Assembly: GCA_026936335.1 (NCBI GenBank)
Contig: JAPMXV010000001.1
Location: 248,001-312,000, forward strand
Direction: 5' to 3'
DNA: 64,000 bases
From: Mantamonas sphyraenae STR306
Taxonomy: Eukaryota; Protista; CRuMs
A program made the translations under genes and the position numbers. Of this stretch, positions 23,644 to 36,542 are shown one piece after another. Every line of letters begins with the position of its first letter. The stretch's first letter is position 1. Under the pieces are notes generated by a model. It did no database searches and was not told where the DNA came from. It saw nothing but the letters and a program-made list of their open reading frames with translations.

Positions 23644-25536
23644 TCATGCTCCTTCATTCTCCAGAAAGTTTGCCCAGTCGTCGTCTGCAATGCCGTTGTT
23701 GGTGTTCTGTGCGTCTGCCTGGCTGCCACGCGTGTCCTCCTCGTCGCTGTCCTGCACCGTGTTGTCCTGCTGGTTGCGGAGCATCTGCTGGCGAAGACGT
23801 TCGTACTCTGCACGCTCGTCGTCGCTTGCGTCCTCGTCACTGCTCTGAGGCACCTCACGAGGGCGATCGTCGTCGCTGCCCTCCTCTTCCTCCCTGCGTT
23901 GCATCTCCTCGAGCACCTCCACGTCGCGGCTGGTCCACTGCTTCCACGAGCGCACCAGGTCGCGCAGAGTGACAAAGCCCTTGTTGTCCTCGTCCTGGAA
24001 CAGCATAAAGTTGTTGGTGTGACGGTCAAGAGCCAGCTCGTACTGGGCGTCGCTCATCTCCTCGTCGCGCAGGTCCAGCTTGGTGAAGTATGCGCGCACC
24101 TCTTCCTTGGTCACTTTTTCGTCCTCGTCGGCGTCCAGGGTGTAGAACAGCGACGTGGCCTCCATGCGGTTGGCACGCGGCGACGAGTCACTCTGCGGAC
24201 GGGCCTCGCCAAACATCCACAGGTACCACACGTTGTAGAAGCACGACTTGGCCGGGCCGTACAACAGGCGCTTCTTAAAGGCCTTGAGATACTTGACGGG
24301 CGGCGGGTCGTTGAACTGCAGGGAAATGGACAGCGAGCAGCCGTCGCTCACACCTCGCGTCTCGTGTACCATACCCGGCGGGAAGAAGACAACGTCGCCC
24401 GGGTTCATCACAAAGTCGTAGATGTTTTCGCCTCCGTCCTGGCCGTTGACGGCCGAGTTGATGAGCATGTCCTCAAAGTCCGAGTCGACGGCTTTGCTTT
24501 GGTTGTTTTCCATCTGGTGCTTGCGGCGCAACAGCTCCACATCTGTGGGCAGGCCCAGTCGCCAGCGCTTCTGGCCACGGATCTGTGCACTAAAGATATA
24601 CTCGCACACCTCGTCGGCATGGACGGCTGCACCAGAGCCCTTGGAGCCCATAAAGAGCTCCATGCGGTTGGTGAGCACGTGGACGTTCTCCGGGGTGGGG
24701 GTGATAAAATAGGGGAGGCCGACGTTCTTCAGCAGCTTGCGGGCCACTTCCGTCTCGTTGTGGGTGTCCCCACTTCCGCTGATCGGGTACCAGTACCAGG
24801 AAATGAGGGTGGGCGACTTGTCGTCGGCACGGTTGTTCAGGGGCATGATGTTGTCCAGGAACGGGTCGCTCATTTTGTACGCGAGCTTTTCTTTCCTTCC
24901 GTCGTACGAGCCCCAAGCCTCAACCGTGCTGTTGGGGAACTCATCGCGCAGGCTTTGGCAAGTCCAGTCCTTGGCGTCTGTGGGGACGAGGGTGTGAGAC
25001 AGCGGCCGGGTGTGTGCGCACAAACGAGCGGGATTGGTTCGAGGGAGGGCCAGAAGCTTCCACTGGGCAACCCACCCCACTTTTCGACGCAGTCCTGCAC
25101 CACCACAGGCACGCCACGAGTCGAGTACTCGAAAAACTGCTCGGGCGTCACGTCGCGCAGATGGTCGGGCGACGTGGGGATGTCCGACACGTTGAAGTAG
25201 TCCTTCACGGCCGCCGAAAGCTCCTTGAGCTCGTCCGTGATGTTCAAGTTCTGCGTGTGTGTGTCAGCGAGGCCACGAGGGGATGGCGAGCGTGTGCATG
25301 TGTGCATGCATGTGTGTGGCTGCGCTCCACTGCTGTGTGGCAGTGTGCTGGACGCGTCTACGTGGGTTGGGACGCGTGTGACGTACCTGAGCATCGGCGT
25401 CACCGTATCTTGTTTGGAACTTCTTGATCATGTCGGCCAGCTTGACATTCTTTGCCTCTGCAGGCTGCACTTGCATGCTGATCACCATCAACACCACAGC
25501 CAGGGTTGCCACAATGCACAGGGTAGTCGTCCGCAT
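23644..25536 (-). CDS. Secreted JmjC/cupin protein with C-terminal EF-hands; introns in the 5' half
   Basis: Signal peptide MRTTTLCIVATL; VHADE...PGDVVFFPPGMVHET; EF-hand-like DADEDEKVTKEE and DEDNKGFVTLRD. Confidence 0.8.
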
Positions 25537-25710
25537 GGTGGATGGTTTTGCTTTTTGTGTGGGTGCTGCTGTGCAGGTTGCTGTCGGTTGGGCAAACGCA
25601 GTGTGACAATGGGAAGGAGGGTGGGAAGTGAGCACCCGAGCAAAAGAGGAGGGAGAGTGCAGGACGCCTGCACGAGCCGTGCGGTGTTTGGTCGGGTTCA
25701 TTTTCCCTGC

Positions 25711-28306
25711 TCATGACTCGCCGACCTCGACGTCGTCGGGTGCAGGTGCGGAGCTGGCTGTGGAGTCTGCACGCAAGTGAACAAGCTGTGCAAGGAGGAG
25801 GAGGCCTGCGCGGGCCATGAGAAGGAGAAATGCGCCGTTGAAGACGGCGTGAAACACCCAATGGTCTGGAGAGCCGATGGAGACGACTTGGGCAAGGCCC
25901 AACAGACGCACGGTGCTCATGAAACTGGAGCCCATGAGAAGAAGAAGCATTGTGTTGATGATGGCTTTGTACAGGGGTGTGTTGCCTGGCTGCGGGCGAA
26001 AGTTGCGCACAAGGGCGACGGAACCGTAGTAGAATCCGTTGAGGGAGGCAAGGAGGACATAGGCCACGAGGGTGGTGTCACCCCAGGCGTTGGAGCCGCC
26101 AAAAAGGAAACCCAGAAAGGACGGTGTGGCAAAGGTGAGGTCGGCGGCAAACATGGAGACGAGCTGGCTGACGGAACAGCGCAGCACAATGACCCAGATG
26201 AGCACGAGCTGGACGATGGAACCTCCAAAGAAGACCAGGTTGTTTCGCCACGCCGGAGCAGCCAAGTGGGCGGCAAGCTGGTCGCGTTGCAGCTGCAGCG
26301 AAGCCAGCTCTTGCCTCATGCTTGCCAGTGTGTCTGCAACTTGATGTGCGTCAAAATGGGTCAGGACGTCCGTGCTGGACGACGTCGAGGAAGCGGTCGA
26401 TACGTGCTCGGCGGTGGTTAAACCGCGATCGAGTTGCCACAGGCGGCGTGCGAGGAGCCGGGCATCTGTTCTCTCCTGGTTGTTGTCGTGGTGGTGGAGG
26501 CCAAGCTCTGTTGGAGCCGGCGTGTGAGTGCGCACAGGGTTGGGACTGGGGCTTCTACTGCGTGGCAGGCGGCCATTTGCGTTGTTGGAGAGGGTGTCTG
26601 AACGCAGCATGGAACCGTGGCGCGTGTGTGTGGCCGCTGGCGAGCACCTCCCAGAGTGGCAGCGTGAAGCAGGGAGCCCGAGTGGGTGCGTTTGTACAGT
26701 TGATCTGAAGGGAGGGATGAGTGGCGTGTGTGGTGGTGGTGGTGGTGGTGGTGATGTGTGGTGGGCAGGGAAGCCGTTGATGATGAGGATGAGGACGAGT
26801 TGGTTGGGATTCTTTGCTCGGGGACGAGTTGACCCATTGCAGGACGCGGGAGGCCAGGTGCCATGCCATCCTGCGCGCACGTTCCTTGTTGGAGCTGCCC
26901 AGGCGCTTTGTGTGGAGTGCAGGCTTGGCCTGGAGGCGCAGGTAGGTGCGTGCCTCTGATGTCGTGCCCAGGAGGCTGGGACTGCGTTCGAGACGCGATC
27001 TGCGGCGTGACGGACTGGAAGCACGCGTGGAAGACGAAGTTGAGGAGGAGGAGGAGGTGGTGGGTGTTGGTGGTTTGGGGTGCGGTGAGACGCAGGTGTG
27101 GGGAGGCTGTGGCTGCAAGTTGGTTGCAAGCGCGTGTTTTGCTGTGGAGATCGAGGTCGAGGTCGGCCAGACGCTGCTGGAGACGGTTGAGGAGATTGGT
27201 GGGTGTGTACAGATGCAGAGTGCGAGTGAGAAAGTAGTTGAAGCCCAGGGGCACAAAGACCAGATGGAGGGCGGAACCGGCAAGTGCGACAAAGGAGAAG
27301 ACAAGCGGAATGTAGCGGGTGAGGAGAAGGCTGGGCAAGTTGGACCAGCTGACGGTGGGAGGGTCTGCATAGATCCAGGGCACGAGGGCGTAGGTGAGGC
27401 CGAGGAGGATGAGGAGGAGGAGGACGACCATGACGAGGCTGTCGTACAACTGGACATACCATCGACGTTGCTGGAGGCCGGTGGGGGTCCATGTGTGGTC
27501 AGCGGCCTCGTGGAAGAAGTAGGCAAAGGGCATGATGAGAAAGACACATGCGAGGGCGGAGTAGAAGAGCGGCTGCCACAGCTGCGTCAGGTAGACGTGC
27601 ATATCCGGATTGGTGTCGATGAATGTTTGTGCATAAACGGTGATGGCCGGGAGAATGAGACCCAGAATGGCCACAGCCAAGGAGATGACGCTGAGCATGA
27701 ATCTGTGAGCGGTGGAGGGGGGGCCCGAGAGCGAGAGCGGGAAATGAGCGGGACGCGTCAGCCGGGTTTGCGCGCGAAGGGCAGCGGGGCGCACAGGCGG
27801 ACAGCAGGCGCACGTACGGCAGCGAAAGGCGGTTGATGTCTTCGTAGTCGATGCTGTCTTCGTCGCTTCCGACGTAGTAGTTCATGGCGACGTAGGCGAG
27901 GACAAGGGCGAGGAGGAAGAGGAGCAGATAAATCTGGGGCGGTGGAAGACGCACGTGGGTCAGTCAGTCAGTGGACAGGCGGAGACGAGTACAGACAGAA
28001 TCCATGACAGACGGGGTGTTGGGTGGGGAAGCTGGCACATACAATATACGATCGGACGGTTTTGTCAAACTCGCGATAGCGAGAGTCGTCGTGGGAGTGT
28101 TGCGGGTCTGGGCTGGGGCTGGCACGTGATCTCGCGCCGCCAGCAGTCCACTGGGCTAGGAGATCGGCACGCGTAACGGGCCTGTGTGTCTGGGAGGGAT
28201 GCGTATGGGTGTGTGTGGAGCCCCTGTCGGGTGCCTTGGCGGCCAATGACTGGCTCCACATCAGAAAGAGGATGGCCAGGGCGAGAGCGCCCGCCGCCTT
28301 TGTCAT
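25711..28306 (-). CDS. LMBR1/LIMR-like multi-pass membrane protein (spliced)
   Basis: VFLIMPFAYFFHEA, VFVPLGF, a coiled segment followed by AWRNNL, and RPQPGNTPLYKAIINTMLLLLMGSS resemble the LMBR1 family. Confidence 0.7.
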
Positions 28307-28398
28307 CGTTGGTCGGATGGTCGCAGGCAGGAGCAAGGCAAAACCTAAAACCTACAACCCAACGTAGGTCAGAGTTGCAGGGCAACAACGCACAACGA

Positions 28399-29446
28399 AT
28401 GTCACGTGTGCTGATCGGGTTTGAGTACTGCGGAACCAAGTTTGCAGGGTCGCAGCGGCAGCCGCAGAGTCGCACAGTGTGTGGCGTGTTGGAGGTGAGT
28501 GGAAACGAAAGGATTGCAGAGAGGGAGGGCAGGGCAGAGAAGGAAGCGAGCAGGGGAGGTTTGGGGTTGACACAGGAAGTGGGTGGTGGTGGGGATGGCT
28601 TGGCAGACGGCGTTGAACGAGTTTGTAGCCAAAGGAGAAACGTATGCGATGGTGGCGGCATCGAGGACAGACGCAGGAGTGCATGCCATGCGCAACTGTG
28701 CTCACGTGGATTTTGAGCGTGCATACGACTGCACAGGGATCGTGCGAGGGCTAAACGCACGCTTGCGGCGTGACGGCCACACAGACGTGCGTGTGTTGGA
28801 CGCTCGCACTGTGGACAAGAACACACACGCAAGATTTGACGCAACGCACCGTGAGTACGTGTACCGCATTGTGGCGCCTGCGTATGAGCATCCTGTGTTT
28901 GCACAGGACCAGTGGCACGCACACAGACATGCCTTGACCCTGGAACGGATGCAAGAGGCGGCCCAAGTGTATGTAGGTCGCCATGACTTTTCTGCATTTC
29001 GAGTGAGCAGGTGTCAGGCGCGCAGTCCGGTGCGGGAGATTGAGGAATGCCGGGTGACGGCGCACGCAGGCCCTGCGTCGTTGTCGCAGGTGGTAGGACG
29101 CGTCCATGAGCCAGAGGAGGTGTACAAAGGGGAGGAGAATGGGACATGCGGGCCACTGGAGTACCGTGTGTATGTGCGCGCACAGTCGTTCTTGATGCAC
29201 CAGGTCAGGAAGATGGTGGCTGGCATCCTGCTGGTCGGACAGGGCTCCATGGACACGGCAGAGCTGCGGGACATTCTGGAATCGGGTCAGCGGGAACGGT
29301 TGAAGAGCATGGCACCCGCCAAGGGGCTGTACTTGGTGGATGTGGGGTACCCACGCGATCTGGCCCAGGATGAACACCAGGGCTGTGGTTTCGAAAGGCG
29401 TGGCGCTCGAGAGAGTGACATGGGGGATAGCAAGCCGGTGTTGTAG
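28399..29446 (+). CDS. tRNA pseudouridine synthase, TruA/PUSL1 family; one intron
   Basis: FEYCGTKFAGSQRQ, ASRTDAGVHA, YVGRHDFSAF, SFLMHQVRKMV, APAKGLYL. Confidence 0.9.
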
Positions 29447-29708
29447 GACTGTGGGGGTGATGAGTCGAGCTGGCGGAGAGTTTGGGAGGCTGGAGCCACA
29501 CGCTGGCCGCTTTCAGAGGGTGGCCAGGGCCGAGGGAGGGCAGCGGATGGGTACACGTTTGTTTAATGCATGTCGATATGGTGGTGGAGTGCGGAGAGAG
29601 TCTGCGAGTGTGTCTGTGGGTGTAGGGCTGGCTCAATGTCATGCATGGAGGTCGACACGCTCGTTTTCCAGCCGTGCTGCATCACACGAGACAGGAACGG
29701 GAACTGGA

Positions 29709-31109
29709 ATGGATGTGACCGGAGTGATACTGCGTGGTTCTCTGGTTGTGGTGTCTGGACTCGCCGCCATGGCGTGGTGGCAGCGCAACGACCCCGTGCT
29801 GCCGATCCACCCGCTGAGTGGAGTCGAGGGCCACGGCACAACGGTCATTGAGCGCAATGGTGAAAGATATGAGTGTGCAAGGAGCTGTGGGATGGTCAGA
29901 CGTACGGGAATCCGTTTCCGGACACCTGGGACGCCAAGTTGGCACCGCTACGGGACCTGTGGTCGTTCATGTTTCGCCATGGCTGGGTGGACATCCCAGA
30001 TCAAGACAAGCTTGATGAAGTGAGTCGGAACAATGGGGAGAGGGAGGGGGTTGTGAGTGCGTGTGACGATGCGGGTTGTTGACACGTCGGGTCGGCGCAG
30101 ATGATTCCTGTGGTGCAAGTGGACCAGCATGCGCTGGAGAACCCGCCTGCGGACGAAGTGCAGCTCACGTGGCTGGGCCATGCGTCGTTTCTGGTGCAGA
30201 TGAACGGTCTGAGTGTGTTGACGGATCCCGGTGAGTTTCTTCACACGGCGATGCGAGACAGTGGAGAGTGCAGTGGAGATGGATACTGACACAGGAGTGA
30301 TGACGATGTGTTGGGGATGGGCTGTGGCAGTGTTTGAGGAGCGATGCAGTCCAAGCCAATGGGCAGGGCCGAAGCGGTACCGGCCGGCGCCGGCGGAAGT
30401 GGAGGAACTGGGACGCGTGGATGTGGTACTGCTGTCGCACAATCACTACGATCACACATGCGTGACGACGCTGCAGCGAGTGGCAAGCGAGAACCCAGAG
30501 TGTGTGTTCTACTGTCCGCTGGGGCTAGGGGAGCTGCTTCGAAGCGAGGTTGGAGTCGCTGCAGAGAAGGTGGTGGAGCTTGGGTGGTGGGATGAGGCAG
30601 AGGTGACGAAGGATGTGCGTGTGGCGTGCACTCCAGCGCAGCATGCGTCTCGACGCGGAGTGGGAGATGCGATGGCGACGCTGTGGTCGAGCTGGATGAT
30701 CATGGGACGGGATGAGAGCAAGGAAGGGGAGGGTGAGGAGGTGCGTGAGGTGCGTGTGTGGTTTGGAGGAGACACGGGGTACTGCAAGGCGTTCAAGGAG
30801 ATCCGGGAGGTGTATGGGCGTGTGGATGTGGCACTGGTGCCGATTGGAGCAGGGGAGACGCCGAAGAAGTTTCTGTGTGCACAGCATGTGGATGCACGGG
30901 AGGCAGCAAAGGTGTGCAGTGAGCTGGAAGCACGGTATGCAGTGGGGTGTCACTGGGGGACATGGGTGTTGACGGGAGAGGCGATTGACTCGCCGAAAGC
31001 AAAGTTTCTGGACGAAGCGAGCAGTGTTTATGGGCGAGGGGAGGAGGAGTGGGGGGTGATGGCACACGGGGAGACGAGGCAGTATGTGGTGGGACGTGTG
31101 CGGGAGTGA
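29709..31109 (+). CDS. NAPE-PLD-like metallo-beta-lactamase, copy 1, with an N-terminal TM segment; 1-bp frameshift at about 29873
   Basis: TWLGHASFL, LTDPVF, LSHNHYDH, WFGGDTGY, PIGA, CHWGTW; exons 29709-30019, 30101-30230, 30331-31109. Confidence 0.8.
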
Positions 31110-31132
31110 AGGCAGAGCAATTTCATCACCGA

Positions 31133-32458
31133 ATGTCATTCAACGTCTTGCCGATCCACCCGCTCAGTGGAGTCGAGGGCCACGGCACAACGGTCATTGA
31201 GCGCAATGGCGAAAGCTATGAGGTGTGCAAGGAGCTGTGGGATGGTCAGACGTACGGGAATCCGTTTCCGGACACCTGGGACGCGCAGGTGGGCACGTAC
31301 TGGGACCTGATCAAGATGGGATTCCAATCAGCATCAGTAAAGATCCCGGACGAAGCCGAGCTGGACGAGGTGGGTCCGACAGCGAGCTGTGGGAAGTGAA
31401 GGACGAACGCACCGAGCTATTGCTGACACCGTCGGCGCAGATGATTCCTGTGGTGCAAGTGGACCAGCATGCGTTGGAGAACCCGCCTGCGGACGAAGTG
31501 CAGCTCACGTGGCTGGGCCATGCGTCGTTTCTGGTGCAGATGAACGGTCTGAGTGTGTTGACGGATCCCGGTGAGTTTCTTCACACGGCGATGTGAGACA
31601 GTGGAGAGTGCAGTGGAGATGGATGCTGACACAGGAGTGATGGCCATGTGTTGGGGATGGGCTGTGGCAGTGTTTGAGGAGCGATGCAGTCCAAGCCAAT
31701 GGGCAGGGCCGAAGCGGTACCGGCCGGCGCCGGCGGAAGTGGAGGAACTGGGACGCGTGGATGTGGTTCTTCTGTCGCACAATCACTACGATCACACATG
31801 CGTGACGACGCTGCAGCGAGTGGCAAGCGAGAACCCAGAGTGTGTGTTCTACTGTCCGCTGGGTCTGGGGGAGCTGCTTCGAAGCGAGGTTGGAGTTGCT
31901 GCAGAGAAGGTGGTGGAGCTTGGGTGGTGGGATGAGGCAGAGGTGACGAAGGATGTGCGTGTGGCGTGCACTCCAGCGCAGCATGCGTCTCGACGCGGAG
32001 TGGGAGATGCGATGGCGACGCTGTGGTCGAGCTGGATGATCATGGGACGGGATGAGAGCAAGGAAGGGGAGGGTGAGGAGGCGCGTGAGGTGCGTGTGTG
32101 GTTTGGAGGAGACACGGGGTACTGCAAGGCGTTCAAGGAGATCCGGGAGGTGTACGGGCGTGTGGATGTGGCACTGGTGCCGATTGGAGCAGGGGAGACG
32201 CCGAAGAAGTTTCTGTGTGCACAGCATGTGGATGCACGGGAGGCAGCAAAGGTGTGCAGTGAGCTGGAAGCACGGTATGCAGTGGGGTGTCACTGGGGGA
32301 CATGGGTGTTGACGGGAGAGGCGATTGACTCGCCGAAAGCAAAGTTTCTGGACGAAGCGAGCAGTGTTTATGGGCGAGGGGAGGAGGAGTGGGGGGTGAT
32401 GGCACACGGGGAGACGAGGCAGTATGTGGTGGGACGACGAGCCGAGGAGGAGGAATGA
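31133..32458 (+). CDS. NAPE-PLD-like metallo-beta-lactamase, copy 2 (intact frame, no N-terminal TM segment)
   Basis: Same motifs as copy 1; exons 31133-31369, 31441-31570, 31671-32458; near-identical to copy 1 at an offset of 1340 bp. Confidence 0.85.
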
Positions 32459-32514
32459 GAAAATGAAAGCACGCGGCAGGTCACGCAAGCCTTTCCTTCG
32501 CTCCATTGTGCGGC

Positions 32515-35500
32515 ATGTCGCGTTCAGGATCGACCGATGTGGTCAATCTGATCCAAGAGTTGCTGGAAATCAAGGACTTTGCGTTGCTGCAAGTGTTGGC
32601 CAAGGAGAGTGACCTTCCGCGTGGTGACGTGGTGGCGCAGGCGTTTGTCTGCCACTACGGCCGGGAGGGTCAGCTGCTGCAGGCCATGGAGAGCGTGGTG
32701 CAGAACGAGGTGGATGAGACCGGTAAGTGTGTGAGAGAGCGCCAAAGGTGTGCCATGTGCGCTGTGTGTGTCTCTCTGTCCTGCGTTTTTGGCTAACGGT
32801 AAATGGGCTACTGCGTTGTGTGACGCCGACCACACAGACGACGTGAACCAGCTCTTCCGCACCAATTCCATGGCCACCAAGATGATGAGCCAGTTCACAA
32901 AGCTCACCATGGAGAGCTACACACGCGAGTGTTTGATGGACGTGGTTACACAATTGGCCACCACCACAGAGAGCTGGGAGGTAAGGGCATGGACGCGGTT
33001 GCGTTTTGCTCAATTTTTGCGTGTCTGGCACCTCCGGAGCTGCAGGGCGCCTTTGCCGCCGGCCATTGCATGCTGACACCGCGGGCTTTTCACGTGCACA
33101 TGCTCACGGGCGGCACGTGAACGCACAGGTGAACCCTGCACGCGCAGACAGCAGTACCGACGTGCAAACGAACCTGGTGCGCGTCGGCGCTGCCGCCCAG
33201 GAGATTCTGGATAGCGTGCTTCAGAGCCGCGAGCGTCTGCCACCGCTGTTTCGACACATGTGCTTCCGCCTCCGCACCATAGTGGAAGCCAAGTTCAAGA
33301 CGGACTGGCCAGTGTCCATGGCCGGCTTCATCTTTCTGCGCTACCTGTGTCCTGCGCTGATTGCGCCCGAGGGATTCCACTTGTGTGACGGTAAGTGAAG
33401 CTGGGCGTCGCCTCAGGCCGCTTCAGGCGCCGGTTTGGGCCCATAGGCAGCAACCAAGAATGGAACAAAGGAATTGCGGAGTGTGCACTGTGTGGTGGAA
33501 ACCATGACTGACACGGGCATCCCGTGTGTGTGTGTGTGCAGCAACGGTGACAAAGAATGGGCGACGAGCGATGGTACTTATTGCCAAACTGATCCAGAAC
33601 CTGGCCAACGGTGTGCTGTTTGGCGACAAGGAGGAGTACATGGATTCACTGAATGCGTTTGTGATGGAGAACAACGAGGCGCTGACGACGTACTTCCAAG
33701 AGGTGACTGCGGATCCGCAGGGGGAGCTGGCTGGCAGCGATGACAAGGAGATGTTTGAGTGGAGCGAAGAGATGGAAGGGGCGGTGGCTGAAGGGGTGGT
33801 TGCGAAAAAGGGCCTTGTGATCGAGCGGCTGAATGAGCTGGGTCTGGAGGAGCCGAGCGCACGTGTGTTGGAGCTGGACGCTGACGACCTGGACACCTCG
33901 GCGCCAGTGCGTTCGATGTCTCTCATGCGAAAGATCGCCAAGCCCGGGGCAAGCGAGGTGTATGCAAATGTGAAGAGCAAGCAAAAGGCACTGAAGCGGG
34001 GCACGCTGAACAAGCAGGGCGGAAGCAAGTCAAAGATCTTTTCGGTGACCAATTGGAAGAAGCGGTTCTTTGTGCTGTACGACACCGTGCTGCTGTACTT
34101 TGCCAGCGAAAAGGACGAGAACCCGCTGGGGATGGTGATGCTGGACGACGGGTGCCTGGTGCGGCAGCTGCCAAACGGGCAGTTTGACCACAAGTACAGC
34201 TTTGCCATCGACCGTGCCGAGTCGACGTTCTACGCGGCGGCAGAGGACGACAGGGAGTGGGAAGCATGGGTCAAGGCGATTCGGCTGGTTGGGCGCAAAC
34301 ACATGGAGCGGCTGTGGGCAAGGAGTGCGCTGCAGCCGTCGGTCAAGGTGAAGGACGGCTTCCTGAACAAGCAGGGCTCCAACGACCTGGGCAAAATGTG
34401 GCGGCGGCGCTACTTTGTGCTGGCCACAGACGCGTGCATGTACTACTTCAAGAGTCCCGAGGCAATGGACAGCTTGCTGGGGACGATTGACTTGCGGAAG
34501 GAAAAGACGACTGTGTTTGTGAGCGGAGAGAAGGAGTGCGGGTTTGAGGTGTTTGACGCAGCACAGGACAGAGTGTTTTTCCTGTATGCGGACGACGTGT
34601 TTGAAATGAGTGACTGGGTGAGCTCGATTGAGGGCGTGATCTCGTACTACCAGGGCCTGCAAGCGCACAGCGGGCGTGGGTCGGGCTCGTCCTTGTCGTT
34701 GCGCAGCAGAACAAAGGCAAGGCAGGGAGAGGACGGGTTGGAGGTGAACATTGGCGGGGTGACGGGAGGCGGTGAAGGAGGGACGTCTGGAAGCTCGTCG
34801 TCAGCGTCGGCGGCGGCATCGTCGTCGTCGTCGTCGTCAAACGTTGTCAAGGGGGCTGTAGATCTGTCGGACCAGGTGCACAGTGGGTATTTGCACAAGT
34901 GGGCGTCCAAGTCGCTGGGCAAGGTGTGGCGGCGTCGCTTTTTCGTGCTGAAGGCGAGCGGGGAACTGTACTACTTTGAGAAGCCGCAGTTGAGGAGCAA
35001 GAGCACAGAGGAGCCGATCGGGTGCATCAAACTGCAGGGCAAGGAAACACAGGTGGGCCTTGCGGAGGAACACAGCGAGGTGAGCGCAAACGTGATGCGG
35101 ATCACGAGCGGGGTTCAAGGGAGAGACTTTTTCGTGTACGCGGAGAGCTACCAGTCCATGTGCCAATGGGTGACGGCGATCATGGAGGTGAAAGAGGCGC
35201 TGAACAGCAGCAACCTGGACGGGGCGTCGCTGGTGATGGACGGAGTGCTGAACAAACAGGGGAACGATCTGATGAAAAAGTATCGAGAGCGGTACTTCCA
35301 GCTGCTGAGCATCGGCAAGATGCTGTACTACAAGTCGGAGGAGGACGCGGACGCGCTACTGCCTCCACTGGGAGTGATCCATCTGGTGGGATCGTGTACG
35401 GTGTCGGAGGAGAAAAAGAACGGGATCGCAATCTACAGCGAGGTGCAGGACCGGACGTTCTACCTGCGCGCGGCGGACGCCGAGATGCAGCAGACATGGA

Positions 35501-35853
35501 TCCGGAGGATCGGGTTTGTGATTGAAGAGCAACCGCCGCCTTCTGCAGAGGAGATGGAGGCGCTGCGAGGAAACGGGGGCGAAACGACAAACCACAGGTG
35601 GGGTCTGAAGAACCTGACGAGCCCGCACTTTTGTGCCCACTGCAAGCTGTTTATCTGGGGCCTGGCACTACAGGCACAGTCGTGCTCGGACTGTGGTGCA
35701 ATTGTACACCACCACTGCGTGGCGCGAGCGGACGTTGTTCTGGAGTGCCAAGCTGACGAGGACGAGGAACAGGACGGCGGTGCAGGGAGCAGTGGAGGTG
35801 GGGGAGCAGGGAGTGGAAGCCGTGATGGCGATGGAGTGAATGCAAACGCTTGA
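32515..35853 (+). CDS. RasGAP with four PH domains and a C-terminal C1 zinc finger (spliced)
   Basis: LFRTNSMATK, GFIFLRYLCPALIAP, KLIQNLAN; four PH motifs (GxLxKxG...WxRRxFVL); C1 motif H-x12-CAHC...CSDC...H-x2-C...C. Confidence 0.9.
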
Positions 35854-36542
35854 GGAGCGAAGTCCCCAAATCCATCGGCATCGCCGGACACGTGTTTTTT
35901 CCGTCAAACGCAAAAGCTTCCATGCAATCGGAGTTTGTCTTGTGCACCGCTGTGCTATGCATGCTGCGATGGGTACCATCATCCACTATGGACATCGATG
36001 AGGCCTACGAAGGTGTCGGGAGATGCGATTGCAGCAGAGCCCGGTTTGGGAGCCTTGGGGGCCCCTTCCATGGAAGCTTGCAAAACTTCCAAAACAGAGG
36101 AAATCGGAGAAGTTTTTGCGTTTTCGATCGTTTTTGTTCGATTTTGAGCACCTTGTCGCCGTTTAACACCAAATTTTGTGCATCGCGCATCGCACGGCCG
36201 CAGACTGACGCAAGTCGATCCATGTGACACATAAAGCATATCAATGAGCATGTTGGGTGTTGGAGCAGTGTGTGGCCATGTAGGGGCATCTGTAGGGAAG
36301 TTTCCGCTAAAAGTTTCCAAGCGTGGCCGCTGGTGGCGTGGGGTGGAGTAAGCAAGCCGAAAAGGCTGGGGCTGGTTAATATGGGTGTGTCATGGGCCTA
36401 CGTGGAGGCGCGTGTGGTGGGATTAGCCAGGAGCTGGACGGTGGAAATATGGAAGTTTTTGCTGGCCCGGAGAAAAAGCGATTTGCGAGGGTGCGGCAGT
36501 TCCTCCAAAACAAACCCAACCCCCAAAGCACGAACCCACGCC

